From a virus, in the IMG/VR virus record IMGVR_UViG_3300046501_000246: DNA of 64,000 nucleotides. One strand, written 5' to 3'. The notes below the pieces were generated by a model. It searched no databases. It was not told where the DNA came from and was given only the letters and a program-made list of their open reading frames with translations. Every line of letters begins with the position of its first letter. Position 1 is the stretch's first letter. The position numbers and the translations under genes are program-made. Shown here in pieces: positions 45,396-54,356 of the stretch.

Positions 45396-46159
45396 GAAAT
45401 ATCGAGTTTTGCCATTTCTTCGCAGATATCATCGCCGGGGATAAGCATTGAAATGCCGGTATATGAACTCATTTGACGAGGTTCAACACCTTTGCTAGGG
45501 TCGTCTGGATCATTGGGGGCAAGGGCATAACCAGCAGGGCCGTTAAGAATTGCATCGTTCAGGCCGATCACTTCACCGTCTACATTGAAGACTGGACCGC
45601 CACTCATGCCGGGGGCAACTGTTAGATCGGTAGGGATAATATCGTAACTAGTAAATTCACTTGAAACTTTATGGCCAGCAACCTTGCCAAATGTTGTGAT
45701 GAACTCTAAGATGGTTGGATTGCCCATCGAGATAATGTCTTGGCCTAATTTAACGGGCTTGCAAGACAGCTTTGATTTTTGTAGATTGGTCTTGTTATTC
45801 ACTGGTTCGAGGAAGGCCATGTCCTTTTCGGGGATTAATTTAACGATTTTGAGGTCTAAAATCGTTCCATCTTCTGTTTTTGCGATGAATTTGGGGGATT
45901 TTGCCCCATTTTCGCCTGCAAAAACGTGATTTACCGATAAAATTAGCCCATTTTCGATAAAAACGCCGCTTCCGTGGCCGATTTCATTATTTTTATCATT
46001 AAGAGCCTCAATTTTCACCACAGAGGCCATCATTTGATCATAATCTGGTGATTTAGGGGCACTATTGAAGTAAGTGAAGCTCGAAAGACCAATAATAGCA
46101 GTCGCCGCAATTAATGCAATTTTAATCATGTTTCTGTTCCCATTTATTTCATTTATCAT
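45392..46159 (-). CDS. Trypsin-like serine protease with N-terminal signal/anchor
   Basis: GHGSGV, SVNHV (His), DMAFL (Asp), PGMSGGPVFN (Ser). Confidence 0.9.
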   Translation of the reverse strand: MINEINGNRNMIKIALIAATAIIGLSSFTYFNSAPKSPDYDQMMASVVKIEALNDKNNEIGHGSGVFIENGLILSVNHVFAGENGAKSPKFIAKTEDGTILDLKIVKLIPEKDMAFLEPVNNKTNLQKSKLSCKPVKLGQDIISMGNPTILEFITTFGKVAGHKVSSEFTSYDIIPTDLTVAPGMSGGPVFNVDGEVIGLNDAILNGPAGYALAPNDPDDPSKGVEPRQMSSYTGISMLIPGDDICEEMAKLDIS

Positions 46160-46269
46160 CTCATATAATTAACGAAATGTCAAGATTTAAATTTTGATCC
46201 AAAAATTAAAATGGTAAGGTGTTGAAATTTTTGAACACTAACTTGTAGTGCAAAATTTTTTTGAGGGTA

Positions 46270-46370
46270 AGGGTATCCTTGGGCCGGGGGGGGTACAAGT
46301 TGGGTTGTATATTTTTGACGCCTGTTGGGCCGGATTCGAGGGGGTAGGGGTATACCCGCCTTGGGTCCCT
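46270..46370. other. G-tract-rich non-coding segment
   Basis: GGGTATCCTTGGGCCGGGGGGGGTACAAGTTGGG and GAGGGGGTAGGGG. Confidence 0.7.
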
Positions 46371-46415
46371 CTCGATTTTAAATCAATAATAGATTAGAGT
46401 CAACAACAATCGACT

Positions 46416-46610
46416 CTAATCATCGCATCTCGTCTCGACAAGCTCAAGTTTAAATTGTTTTAATGATTTATTTAATTCAGAATCCTTTTTATTTATTTCA
46501 TTCTCTTTCATTATGCATTGCTCATATGTGTATTGACCATACACATGCAACGAATCAACATCGGTTGCAGTGTTGTGCACTAGCACGAAGAGAGTAAGCA
46601 ACTTAATCAT
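46416..46610 (-). CDS. Small protein with hydrophobic N-terminus
   Basis: Resembles 47686..47925 in layout. Confidence 0.55.
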   Translation of the reverse strand: MIKLLTLFVLVHNTATDVDSLHVYGQYTYEQCIMKENEINKKDSELNKSLKQFKLELVETRCDD

Positions 46611-46669
46611 AATCGTTTCCCTTTCTATCCCTAGCCTGCTAGGCCATGCGCCTATGCATGCACCATGTA

Positions 46670-46843
46670 TTAGAACATATTAATGATTGCAGTGTATGCG
46701 GCATGCGCTGCTAGCTTAGCTAGTTCACGTATGATGTAAGGCGCAACGTGATCAGTAGTCATCATGTATGCCAGCCCGCAAGCCATAGCAGTAGCAAAGC
46801 AGTTGCTGATATCGGAGAAGAAATAACCAATCTGTTTACGCAT
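46670..46843 (-). CDS. 57-aa hydrophobic hypothetical protein
   Basis: RBS AAGGAG; promoter at 46876-46904. Confidence 0.5.
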   Translation of the reverse strand: MRKQIGYFFSDISNCFATAMACGLAYMMTTDHVAPYIIRELAKLAAHAAYTAIINMF

Positions 46844-46875
46844 GCGCCTTACTCCTTATGTGTTGTGTATGAATA

Positions 46876-46920
46876 GACTATATAGAACAATGTAAGATAA
46901 CGCAATACATTATCTTACAT
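46876..46920 (-). promoter_or_regulatory. Promoter with paired ATGTAAGATA operators
   Basis: TTGCGT-tatcttacattgttcta-TATAGT; inverted repeat ATGTAAGATAA/TTATCTTACAT. Confidence 0.65.
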
Positions 46921-47045
46921 CTATTCAATCTATTATATATTCATATATGATACATAGTGCATATCATATATGCATATATGCATGCCATACCATGCACTAG
47001 GTAGGCTAGGCCATGGCCCATATGGAGCATGGCCTAGCGGGGCTG

Positions 47046-47438
47046 CTAACCCTGCCGTTCTAGCTTCTCAGAAAGGGGGTTTATAACCTCTTGCCAGAGC
47101 GATTCCGTGGTCTCAGTCACGGTATAATCAGCAACCACGTCATAGCCATCGTTACCGTAGATCAGGTCAAAGCGGCCCATAGAAACGCCTTCCGCATTGC
47201 GGAGTTGCAACACATCGGAATCGGTTGTGAAAAGAGCGTTCATGATTTCGGAATATTTGGCCGATTTTTTGACCGGCCATGCGCCGCCATCGTAAACGCT
47301 GCAAACTAGGCCGCGTTCCAGCGCAGCTTTGACAAGAGCGCTACAAATAGCACGTTCCATTTTGATCCGGCGCGCCGTAGCTAAATCGCCTTTTGCGCGA
47401 GCTTCATTGATGTATTTCGTGAATTCAGACATTTGCAT
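47046..47438 (-). CDS. Hypothetical early protein
   Basis: LIYGNDGYDVVADY motif; own operator-containing promoter (47462-47489). Confidence 0.75.
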   Translation of the reverse strand: MQMSEFTKYINEARAKGDLATARRIKMERAICSALVKAALERGLVCSVYDGGAWPVKKSAKYSEIMNALFTTDSDVLQLRNAEGVSMGRFDLIYGNDGYDVVADYTVTETTESLWQEVINPLSEKLERQG

Positions 47439-47685
47439 TTCCTCTTGTTTCGATATCTACACAATAACATTTCCTTACATCTTGGCAAGCGGAATCTTTA
47501 AAAATCTCAAAAATAATCGAGCGTCCTGCAAAGCCTTTTAGAGCTTCACAGAACGCGATTCAGTGTTTTGGCTAGGGCAATACCGGTTAAGCCGGTTAAG
47601 CCGTTCCTAGGGCTGCTATAGCGGCCAAATCACGTAAAGAATAAGACATGAACCAATGAATCCATATAGTGCGAACAAGCCGATT

Positions 47686-47925
47686 CTAGCTCCTTTTCGG
47701 TTTCGTTGCGGGAATGGCGATTCTTTGCCCGTTAGCGTATTCACAGAACGCGAAACGCTCCTTAACGTCGTCTAGTTCATCTGAATAGACGATTCTATTG
47801 GAGGGGCTATTGTTGACCTTCTCAGCCATGGCAAAGCAGGAGTCTTGCGGGCCAATGTCAAACCGCGACAGAGTCGCGGTTTGATCGGGTGAATTGAGGA
47901 TGAGAACAAGGATTAGCTTTTCCAT
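47686..47925 (-). CDS. Small protein with hydrophobic N-terminus
   Basis: ORF abutting the upstream gene. Confidence 0.6.
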   Translation of the reverse strand: MEKLILVLILNSPDQTATLSRFDIGPQDSCFAMAEKVNNSPSNRIVYSDELDDVKERFAFCEYANGQRIAIPATKPKRS

Positions 47926-47928
47926 GCA

Positions 47929-48516
47929 TCAAAGACCGCATTCCGAAAAGTGTTCTTGCAAATCGTCCATTTCCGATTTGCTCATGAGTGTGAAAAGAGC
48001 GGCGCGCGTTTCCTTTACCGCGTTGTAAATCCGTTCCGCCTTGCGGCTATCGTCGTCATAGCCATATTCTTCGCACCATGACTCAAAGCTTTCATCCGCG
48101 TTAGACGCGTCCATAATGAGGCATGAAAGCGTGTCAGTAAGAGTTGGTGATTCCGTATGGCCCGCGCCTTGCGAAAACCAAAACTCATGAGAGCGGGAAT
48201 TCCGCGATATGCAGCAAAGGAAATGGCGCGGCATATCCGACATGTTATCATCGCTGCGCTTGGAACGCAACGGGCCATGCGAGAACGTGAATCCCATTGA
48301 TTCCAAGATGAAATCAAGCGTTTCCTCATCGTTCATATCACAGTTTTCATCATAGGCAGGGCAATGATGATATTGAAGGTCTGTCATGTCGCCTTCCTTG
48401 CAAAGCATATCGGTATAGTTGTTCCATTCTTCGCGCAGCATAATTTCATCGTCGGATGGAATTTCAGCCGCTATCATCGCGAAATTCGCATAAGCCGTTG
48501 CATAAGACATAACCAT
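47929..48516 (-). CDS. Hypothetical early protein
   Basis: RBS AAGGAG; EEWNNYTDMLCK and FESWCEEYGYDDDSRKAERIY motifs. Confidence 0.75.
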   Translation of the reverse strand: MVMSYATAYANFAMIAAEIPSDDEIMLREEWNNYTDMLCKEGDMTDLQYHHCPAYDENCDMNDEETLDFILESMGFTFSHGPLRSKRSDDNMSDMPRHFLCCISRNSRSHEFWFSQGAGHTESPTLTDTLSCLIMDASNADESFESWCEEYGYDDDSRKAERIYNAVKETRAALFTLMSKSEMDDLQEHFSECGL

Positions 48517-48578
48517 GCTCAAAACTCCTTTGTAAGCATTTATTAAACGCCTTGCTGGCAAGGCGTCAATATAAAGGC

Positions 48579-48857
48579 TTAATAGACTGCGATGCAGTGA
48601 TTTGCCCTAAGCCAAGTCCCATTTGTCATGGTAACGCCTTCACACTCAATAAGAGCTTCAAAAGCGCTCTTAAAGCCATATTCGTGGCGAATGGCCCACG
48701 AATAATCATGAGACTGAGTGCAGATGAATTCTGCGATGAAATATGCGCCACGATGGAAAACAATGGCCTTGTCAAGAAACTTGGCGTTAGGACGCTTTTC
48801 AGCGATATCGTCAAGAGTGATTTTCTGACCTTTTGGAGCGGTAAAGATATGTGCCAT
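48579..48857 (-). CDS. Hypothetical early protein
   Basis: Starts after cassette leader CAAAGGAAATACGGAA. Confidence 0.7.
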   Translation of the reverse strand: MAHIFTAPKGQKITLDDIAEKRPNAKFLDKAIVFHRGAYFIAEFICTQSHDYSWAIRHEYGFKSAFEALIECEGVTMTNGTWLRANHCIAVY

Positions 48858-48873
48858 TTCCGTATTTCCTTTG

Positions 48874-48916
48874 TTGACCATGTAAGGAACTTAAATTCTT
48901 TTCCTTACATGGTCAA
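48874..48916. repeat. 43-bp inverted-repeat promoter cassette, copy 1
   Basis: TTGACCATGTAAGGAA-N11-TTCCTTACATGGTCAA. Confidence 0.95.
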
Positions 48917-48930
48917 GCGGTTTTTTAAAA

Positions 48931-49278
48931 TTAAATGCAAGGCTGAATTTCGCGATTTTTCAGGCTTTCACGGAATGCCTTAAGGAGCGGCAAATTGTCT
49001 TTGCCTTCAATGTTCTTTGCCATGAACCAAGTCCAATTTGCGGCGCATTCCTCTTTCGTGTATTTGCCGCATTCCTGCATTTGCTCAGAAAGGAGCGTAA
49101 CCATATGAGTCACGATTCCATGGTCAAGATCATTCTTTTCCTTGCGAAGCTTTCCAGCTTCGATAGGCCAGCAACATAGGTCATGAATTTGCAGCGCAAG
49201 CTCGCCAGATTCGGCCTTAGCTTCGGCAAAGGTATATTCACGACCGCCCAAATAGTTGCAGAAAAATTTGCGTTCCAT
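48931..49278 (-). CDS. Hypothetical early protein
   Basis: Starts after the cassette leader. Confidence 0.7.
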   Translation of the reverse strand: MERKFFCNYLGGREYTFAEAKAESGELALQIHDLCCWPIEAGKLRKEKNDLDHGIVTHMVTLLSEQMQECGKYTKEECAANWTWFMAKNIEGKDNLPLLKAFRESLKNREIQPCI

Positions 49279-49300
49279 TTCCGTATTCCCTTTAATGCGG

Positions 49301-49343
49301 TTGACCATGTAAGGAAGATAGAATCTTTTCCTTACATGGTCAA
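49301..49343. repeat. 43-bp inverted-repeat promoter cassette, copy 2
   Basis: Identical 16-bp arms. Confidence 0.95.
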
Positions 49344-49362
49344 TAGGCATAAAGCGGAATTT

Positions 49363-49488
49363 TTAATAATAGCGCTTTTCAACGCCTTCCCGCTTATCAG
49401 CCGCGACAAAGGCGAAAACGTTGCGTCTAGCTGTCTTGTTCCGGCGCGCGTCCTGAATTGCCTTCTTGTTCATTTTGTTCTGCGACAT
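49363..49488 (-). CDS. 41-aa basic hypothetical protein
   Basis: RBS AAGGAG; MSQNKMNKKAIQDARRNK. Confidence 0.5.
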   Translation of the reverse strand: MSQNKMNKKAIQDARRNKTARRNVFAFVAADKREGVEKRYY

Positions 49489-49550
49489 GCTCTTAACTCC
49501 TTTGTTGTAGAGCTATCGCCGTTCCACCATTGGAGCGGCAATGTTGCGGT

Positions 49551-49871
49551 TTAGTCGTTTTGTTGTTCCAGATATTCGCGCCGTGTTGCCACGGAAACAT
49601 GAATTGCGGAGTGATAGTTTCCCTTTGTTCCATAGGGCAGAACATTAGGATAGAAAGACGGTTTTTCCTTCTTTGCCTCGCGCCACATATGAGCGGCAAG
49701 CGCAGCAACGCCTTTCTTGTTTGCGCCAATGAATCCAGCCTCACGAATATCGCGCGCTTCCCATTCAATCGCGTTTTTCAATTCGCGCCTTGTGTCGCAC
49801 TTGATAACATTAACGCTATCTGGCATGTAACAGCCACGCAAGCCTTGCATTACGGTAAAATACTTTGCCAT
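49551..49871 (-). CDS. Hypothetical early protein
   Basis: RBS AGGAGCTAG. Confidence 0.7.
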   Translation of the reverse strand: MAKYFTVMQGLRGCYMPDSVNVIKCDTRRELKNAIEWEARDIREAGFIGANKKGVAALAAHMWREAKKEKPSFYPNVLPYGTKGNYHSAIHVSVATRREYLEQQND

Positions 49872-49883
49872 TGCCCTAGCTCC

Positions 49884-50105
49884 TTAAGCCTTTTGGAACA
49901 ATTTAATTTCCGCTGCATAATAGAAAATGTCGTCGTTTTCGTAGTTCTCAGAAACGACGGCATATTGAGTAATTCCATCCTTAACAAATTCGTTGTCAAG
50001 AATGCCTACCCAACCTTCATTTTTTGGCCAACCATTATCAACGCCTTTTACGATCATGACATAATCGCCAATTTCGATTTTGTCGTTTTTAATCTTGCGA
50101 GCCAT
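49884..50105 (-). CDS. Hypothetical early protein (possible SH3/KOW-like)
   Basis: IEIGDYVMIVKG; starts after the cassette leader. Confidence 0.7.
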   Translation of the reverse strand: MARKIKNDKIEIGDYVMIVKGVDNGWPKNEGWVGILDNEFVKDGITQYAVVSENYENDDIFYYAAEIKLFQKA

Positions 50106-50120
50106 TTCCGTATTCCCTTG

Positions 50121-50163
50121 TTGACCATGTAAGGAACTTAAACGCTTTTCCTTACATGGTCAA
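50121..50163. repeat. 43-bp inverted-repeat promoter cassette, copy 3
   Basis: Identical 16-bp arms. Confidence 0.95.
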
Positions 50164-50167
50164 TAGC

Positions 50168-50401
50168 TTACTTCCAATTTTTTGCAGTTTCGCCATATGC
50201 CTTTTTGCCATAGGCAACGGCTTCATAACGACGCTTGAAAAGCTTTGCGCTGCATTCGCCTTCTGCATAGCAGTAGGAATCAGAGTTTGGAGTCATCCAA
50301 GCCAAACGCCAAAGGTCTGTCATAGTGTCGCGCTTCACATAAAGCACTGCCGACATGTCGGGCTGCAAACCGCGATTCTCAGTCATTTTGTAAGGCCGCA
50401 T
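50168..50401 (-). CDS. Hypothetical early protein
   Basis: RBS GAGGA. Confidence 0.65.
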   Translation of the reverse strand: MRPYKMTENRGLQPDMSAVLYVKRDTMTDLWRLAWMTPNSDSYCYAEGECSAKLFKRRYEAVAYGKKAYGETAKNWK

Positions 50402-50465
50402 TTCCGTTTCCTCTTGTTTCGATAATTCACAATGTCACGATTCTAAGCGACTTGCAAACGTTTTC

Positions 50466-50687
50466 TTACATGCCAGCCAAATTATTTTTGGCTTCATTCA
50501 TGACACTGAAAAGCGCGCGGCGCGTTCTGGTAAAGCTTGCCGGAACCGATACGCGATTAAGAAGGCCTAGAGCCTTGCACATCGCGTTGTAACGCGTTTC
50601 ATGGCAAACCGTACCATCTCGGCTTTCCTGCCAGCGCAGACGGCTTACAATGTCGCTGATTTCGTTTTTAATGAGAGTGTCACACAT
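50466..50687 (-). CDS. Hypothetical early protein
   Basis: RBS GAGGA. Confidence 0.6.
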   Translation of the reverse strand: MCDTLIKNEISDIVSRLRWQESRDGTVCHETRYNAMCKALGLLNRVSVPASFTRTRRALFSVMNEAKNNLAGM

Positions 50688-50747
50688 AGCGCTTTCCTCT
50701 TTCAAGCGTTTAAGAATGGCGCTCCATTGAGCGCCAAATTTAAAGGC

Positions 50748-50966
50748 TTAACCGGCTGCACTGTAAACGAATTCATGAGGATGGCCGCCATAAACGAGCA
50801 CGTGGTAAATATGCTTGTGCTTAAGCGCTACATCTTCCGAAAGCGAAAGCTTGGAACGGATAAACGACTTTGCGTTTTCCAATCCGCCGTAAATGAATTG
50901 TGTCTTCATTCCGCCTCCGTGCGTTTCAGGAAGATGAATTTCCACAATGTGAGAAGGCGTTGCCAT
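50748..50966 (-). CDS. Hypothetical early protein
   Basis: Starts after the cassette leader. Confidence 0.7.
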   Translation of the reverse strand: MATPSHIVEIHLPETHGGGMKTQFIYGGLENAKSFIRSKLSLSEDVALKHKHIYHVLVYGGHPHEFVYSAAG

Positions 50967-50982
50967 TTCCGTATTTCCTTTG

Positions 50983-51025
50983 TTGACCATGTAAGGAACT
51001 TAAACGCTTTTCCTTACATGGTCAA
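50983..51025. repeat. 43-bp inverted-repeat promoter cassette, copy 4
   Basis: Identical 16-bp arms. Confidence 0.95.
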
Positions 51026-51039
51026 TAGGCTTTTTTAAT

Positions 51040-51345
51040 TTAACGGATTTCTACCTCATTTTCTCGTTTCGGCAAATCCTTGTAAGGGAATATGGTAGGC
51101 AAATATTGGTCGCGGTAGCGTTCTACGCCGCGTTTGCCTGTTACAATGGCGCGACCGTAGCGCCGCGCCTCGGCACGCAACTTGACGCCATTGTCACCAT
51201 AGAAGGTCTCGATATGGTACAAGCAACGTTCATCGGGATAAGCCGTTGATTGTGTGATAATCACGGCATAGGCGGCGCGACAAAAACGCGGATATCCTTT
51301 GACAACTTCAAACTGAAAATCCGTTCTGCTATGGACTCTTGCCAT
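51040..51345 (-). CDS. Hypothetical early protein
   Basis: RBS GAGGA. Confidence 0.65.
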   Translation of the reverse strand: MARVHSRTDFQFEVVKGYPRFCRAAYAVIITQSTAYPDERCLYHIETFYGDNGVKLRAEARRYGRAIVTGKRGVERYRDQYLPTIFPYKDLPKRENEVEIR

Positions 51346-51350
51346 TGTCT

Positions 51351-51626
51351 TTATTCCTCAGTTGCACAAAGTGTTTTGACTTTGTTAATCGCTGATTCTT
51401 TGCTGCTAGCCTCAACATAGGCGCACCATACGCCGCCGCGAGTCCAAACCGCAAACACTCTGCTATGTCCCCAATATGCGCCGCCTTTGTCGTAATAGCC
51501 ATCGCCGCCGCAATGTCTGGCATACAATTTCCCGTAGCCATCCCACGAGTCAGCGTTATGGCCATGCCGCCCCATTGGCGCACCATAGCGGCAATTGAGA
51601 TTTTTGAATGGATCAAATTTCGCCAT
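51351..51626 (-). CDS. Conserved-looking phage protein (GAPMGR...DKGGAYWG)
   Basis: Motif pattern; own promoter at 51655-51683. Confidence 0.7.
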   Translation of the reverse strand: MAKFDPFKNLNCRYGAPMGRHGHNADSWDGYGKLYARHCGGDGYYDKGGAYWGHSRVFAVWTRGGVWCAYVEASSKESAINKVKTLCATEE

Positions 51627-51777
51627 TAGCTCGACTCCTTGTTTCGATAATCACAATGTAAGGAAAAACAAAACGCTAGTCAACTGTAATTTTTAAAATA
51701 ATTTGCCGCTTTTTGTTCCACATATGTTCCGTTTTAAAAATATTGCAGGTTCGCCGTTCCCATCCCACGGATTGAAA

Positions 51778-51807
51778 AAAGACTAGCGCGATTCGTCGCG
51801 CTAGTCA
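51778..51807 (-). terminator. Intrinsic terminator
   Basis: GACTAGCGCGA-CGAA-TCGCGCTAGTC followed by TTTTTT on the minus strand. Confidence 0.8.
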
Positions 51808-51979
51808 AATTAAATTTTTCAATTAACCAAAATAGCGGCATATGTCGCGCCAAACAAACGCGTCACATGATTGCGTAACGTTGCTCTAGCTGCGCTATCC
51901 ATAACGCCTATCCTGTTACGATATGCATTGACATAGATAGCAGCATTTTCCAAGATATGCGGATTCATTACCTAGCTCC

Positions 51980-52174
51980 TCAAAGCTCTACTGTTATCGA
52001 ACGATTATGACGCGTTGCCATAAGAGCGGATTTCACAAACATGGTTTGTGCGTTAATCATCACGTTACGGGTGAATTCCCGATAGGAAACGGCACGCTTG
52101 TTGCCAATTACAGCACAACGCAATTCCGCTCCTTTCCAAGTCTTTACGTCTTTAAAAAACTCCCGCCTTGTCAT
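51980..52174 (-). CDS. Hypothetical early protein
   Basis: RBS AGGAGCTAAG. Confidence 0.6.
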   Translation of the reverse strand: MTRREFFKDVKTWKGAELRCAVIGNKRAVSYREFTRNVMINAQTMFVKSALMATRHNRSITVEL

Positions 52175-52186
52175 CTGCTTAGCTCC

Positions 52187-52396
52187 TTAAAGCCCTAGTG
52201 CTGATTTGATTGCTTCATATCTATAGCAAAGACCGGCAAGGCTTGCAATAGAGAAAATCAAAGTTATAAAAATTAAGCAATAGCACATCATTATTTCGGC
52301 GTTACGTTTCGCGATGAATTCGAACGCGTCAAGATTGATTTCCTTGACAACGTTTTTCGAATTAATTTGAGAAACGTTATTGCGACGGTTTGTCAT
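52187..52396 (-). CDS. Small membrane protein
   Basis: RBS GAGG; C-terminal TM. Confidence 0.55.
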   Translation of the reverse strand: MTNRRNNVSQINSKNVVKEINLDAFEFIAKRNAEIMMCYCLIFITLIFSIASLAGLCYRYEAIKSALGL

Positions 52397-52460
52397 GGCT
52401 TTATCCCTCATAGCGTGATTGCTATGAGGGATAATATAGCGGCAAGGTATGAAGGAAAGG

Positions 52461-52817
52461 TTAACGTGCAAGAGTGAAGACAACGGAATCGTTCGCCAGC
52501 AATTCTTCCAATGGGCAACGGATTTGATAATCCGCGTAATACCAAAAATCGCCTTCAATTGTTTGCGTCCCATCGTCTTCATAATCCATGCACTCGGCTA
52601 TGCATGGCGCGTTTGTCAATCCGACGAATGGATTCCCGTCGCCAGCGTCGAAAGGCGTGTAAGAGCCGTTGCAGGAGTAGGATTCGAACAAGTCGCAAAG
52701 AATGCTCCAAAATTCCCTTGCGCCTTCCATGGCGTCAATCAATTCTTCGCGGCTATCATTGTCCGAAAGAGTAATATTCAAATCGCCATTGGCGAGTCGA
52801 GTGCAAGTTACGTCCAT
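52461..52817 (-). CDS. Acidic hypothetical early protein
   Basis: Stop/start overlap with the upstream gene. Confidence 0.7.
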   Translation of the reverse strand: MDVTCTRLANGDLNITLSDNDSREELIDAMEGAREFWSILCDLFESYSCNGSYTPFDAGDGNPFVGLTNAPCIAECMDYEDDGTQTIEGDFWYYADYQIRCPLEELLANDSVVFTLAR

Positions 52818-53047
52818 TAGCTTTGCTCCTTAATCGCTGCATCGATGAAAGCTTTTGCTTGATCGATTGCATCAAGCATATCGGCTTGTTCGCAGATGAA
52901 AAGAGGCGAATTGCTTTCACCATTGAAGACGGCAAGCCATGGCCTTTGTGGATTAGAGTCAGTCGAAAGGCTTATTTCATAGCCTTTGTAATCAAACTTG
53001 ACGCAAGCATTGATTGGCTTGGCAGTCGGAATGTGCAGGACTCTCAT
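52817..53047 (-). CDS. Hypothetical early protein
   Basis: RBS AGGAG. Confidence 0.65.
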   Translation of the reverse strand: MRVLHIPTAKPINACVKFDYKGYEISLSTDSNPQRPWLAVFNGESNSPLFICEQADMLDAIDQAKAFIDAAIKEQS

Positions 53048-53175
53048 TGGCCTAACTCCTTTAGGCGTTTCGATTAATGTTGCTCAAACTTGTTTGAACA
53101 ACATTTCCTTACATTGAACCTATTAAAGATTCAAGTCAAGTCTTTTTATAACTTTCTGCGATTGATCCAGTAGGA

Positions 53176-53373
53176 TCAAAAAACATAACCATCAACCGGA
53201 TTCCAAGAATATGTAACGGTATAGTCTAATTCACCGTCCCATGCTCTTACTTCACACAAACCGAAACATTGCGTTTCGCGCCGGACTCCTCTTAAAGTCC
53301 AACTAATCGTTTCATTGGCAAATGTGTATGCCAAGCCGTTTTTATCAATTCCGAAGATTATATAATATATCAT
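53176..53373 (-). CDS. Hypothetical early protein
   Basis: ATGA overlap. Confidence 0.6.
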   Translation of the reverse strand: MIYYIIFGIDKNGLAYTFANETISWTLRGVRRETQCFGLCEVRAWDGELDYTVTYSWNPVDGYVF

Positions 53374-53789
53374 GACAAAAATTCCCGCTTCACAAAGTTT
53401 TTCAACTTTGCATTGGAGCGCAACTGTATATCAGTTTCGGGATTCCACCCGTTAGGATTTTCATCTTCGGCTTTGCCGATTTGGACACAACGCGACATTC
53501 TATCATCCAAGCCATGATAGAATTTGAACGCGTCAACAATATCAGCGCGCGTTGCGGTTTCGGGCGTCAAGCCGCAAGACGCAAGCGCACTCTTGAGCTT
53601 TGCCGCGTCATCGATAGGCAAATAGATATTGCCCCATTCAATGACGAATTTGTTATCCGCGCCGCCTGCATCACTACAAGGGATAACATCAACACAAAGA
53701 ACATAATCCTCTGCATCGTCTTCTTTCCAGAAATACCCGCCGTAACGCAAGTCAGTATCACCCAAATAATTCCAGCGATGTTTTGTCAT
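53370..53789 (-). CDS. Hypothetical early protein
   Basis: RBS AGGAGCTAAG; promoter at 53812-53847. Confidence 0.7.
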   Translation of the reverse strand: MTKHRWNYLGDTDLRYGGYFWKEDDAEDYVLCVDVIPCSDAGGADNKFVIEWGNIYLPIDDAAKLKSALASCGLTPETATRADIVDAFKFYHGLDDRMSRCVQIGKAEDENPNGWNPETDIQLRSNAKLKNFVKREFLS

Positions 53790-53849
53790 GGCCTTAGCTC
53801 CTGTTTAATCTTTCCTTACATTGAACCTATTAAAGATTCAAGTCAAGCG

Positions 53850-54098
53850 CTATTCTTCACTTTCTAGATAAAAATCAAACGATTTCCAGCAAGAACCGGT
53901 CGCCTCTTTAGTGTGGCGCGTCTCAGCGTAATATTCAGCGCAACCGCGATAAATATAGCCATTAGGCGTTGCAATCGTTACGTCGTTTGCCATGGCCCAT
54001 TTCCTGCAATGGAATTCAGGATCAATTGACTCGTTTGGCGCAAGGCGGCGCAACAATTCCTGAGTCCCGCTTTGATTGTGATAGATCGAAATGAACAT
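53850..54098 (-). CDS. Hypothetical early protein
   Basis: RBS AGGAGCTAAG. Confidence 0.6.
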   Translation of the reverse strand: MFISIYHNQSGTQELLRRLAPNESIDPEFHCRKWAMANDVTIATPNGYIYRGCAEYYAETRHTKEATGSCWKSFDFYLESEE

Positions 54099-54102
54099 GG
54101 TC

Positions 54103-54297
54103 TTAGCTCCTAAGCTTCAAACGTTTGCTGCATTCCTCGCAAGTAACGCGTTCAACAAGTAGCGTTCCCTTGGCGTGGAAATTGCCAGTCCTGCAAAGCT
54201 TTTCAGGACATGCCAGCCAATCGCTATGGCATTTATAGCCTACATTGGCGCGATATTCTTCATAGGTCATTTCGTAGTGTACTGACGTATCAGGCAT
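54103..54297 (-). CDS. Cys-rich small protein
   Basis: CH...C...C and CEEC motifs. Confidence 0.6.
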   Translation of the reverse strand: MPDTSVHYEMTYEEYRANVGYKCHSDWLACPEKLCRTGNFHAKGTLLVERVTCEECSKRLKLRS

Positions 54298-54356
54298 GGT
54301 TTGCGCTCCTTAAGCGTTAAAGAATCCTGCCCCTATAGGGCAGGAAATTTTAAGGC

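Noticed and set aside
48857-50990. N-terminal MVNKGNTEM extensions of early genes
   Set aside because: The upstream ATG lies inside the inverted-repeat arm; the RBS (AAGGA) sits in front of the second ATG.
48874-51025. CRISPR array
   Set aside because: Repeats are separated by 0.4-0.9 kb of coding sequence, not 30-40 nt spacers, and no cas genes are present.
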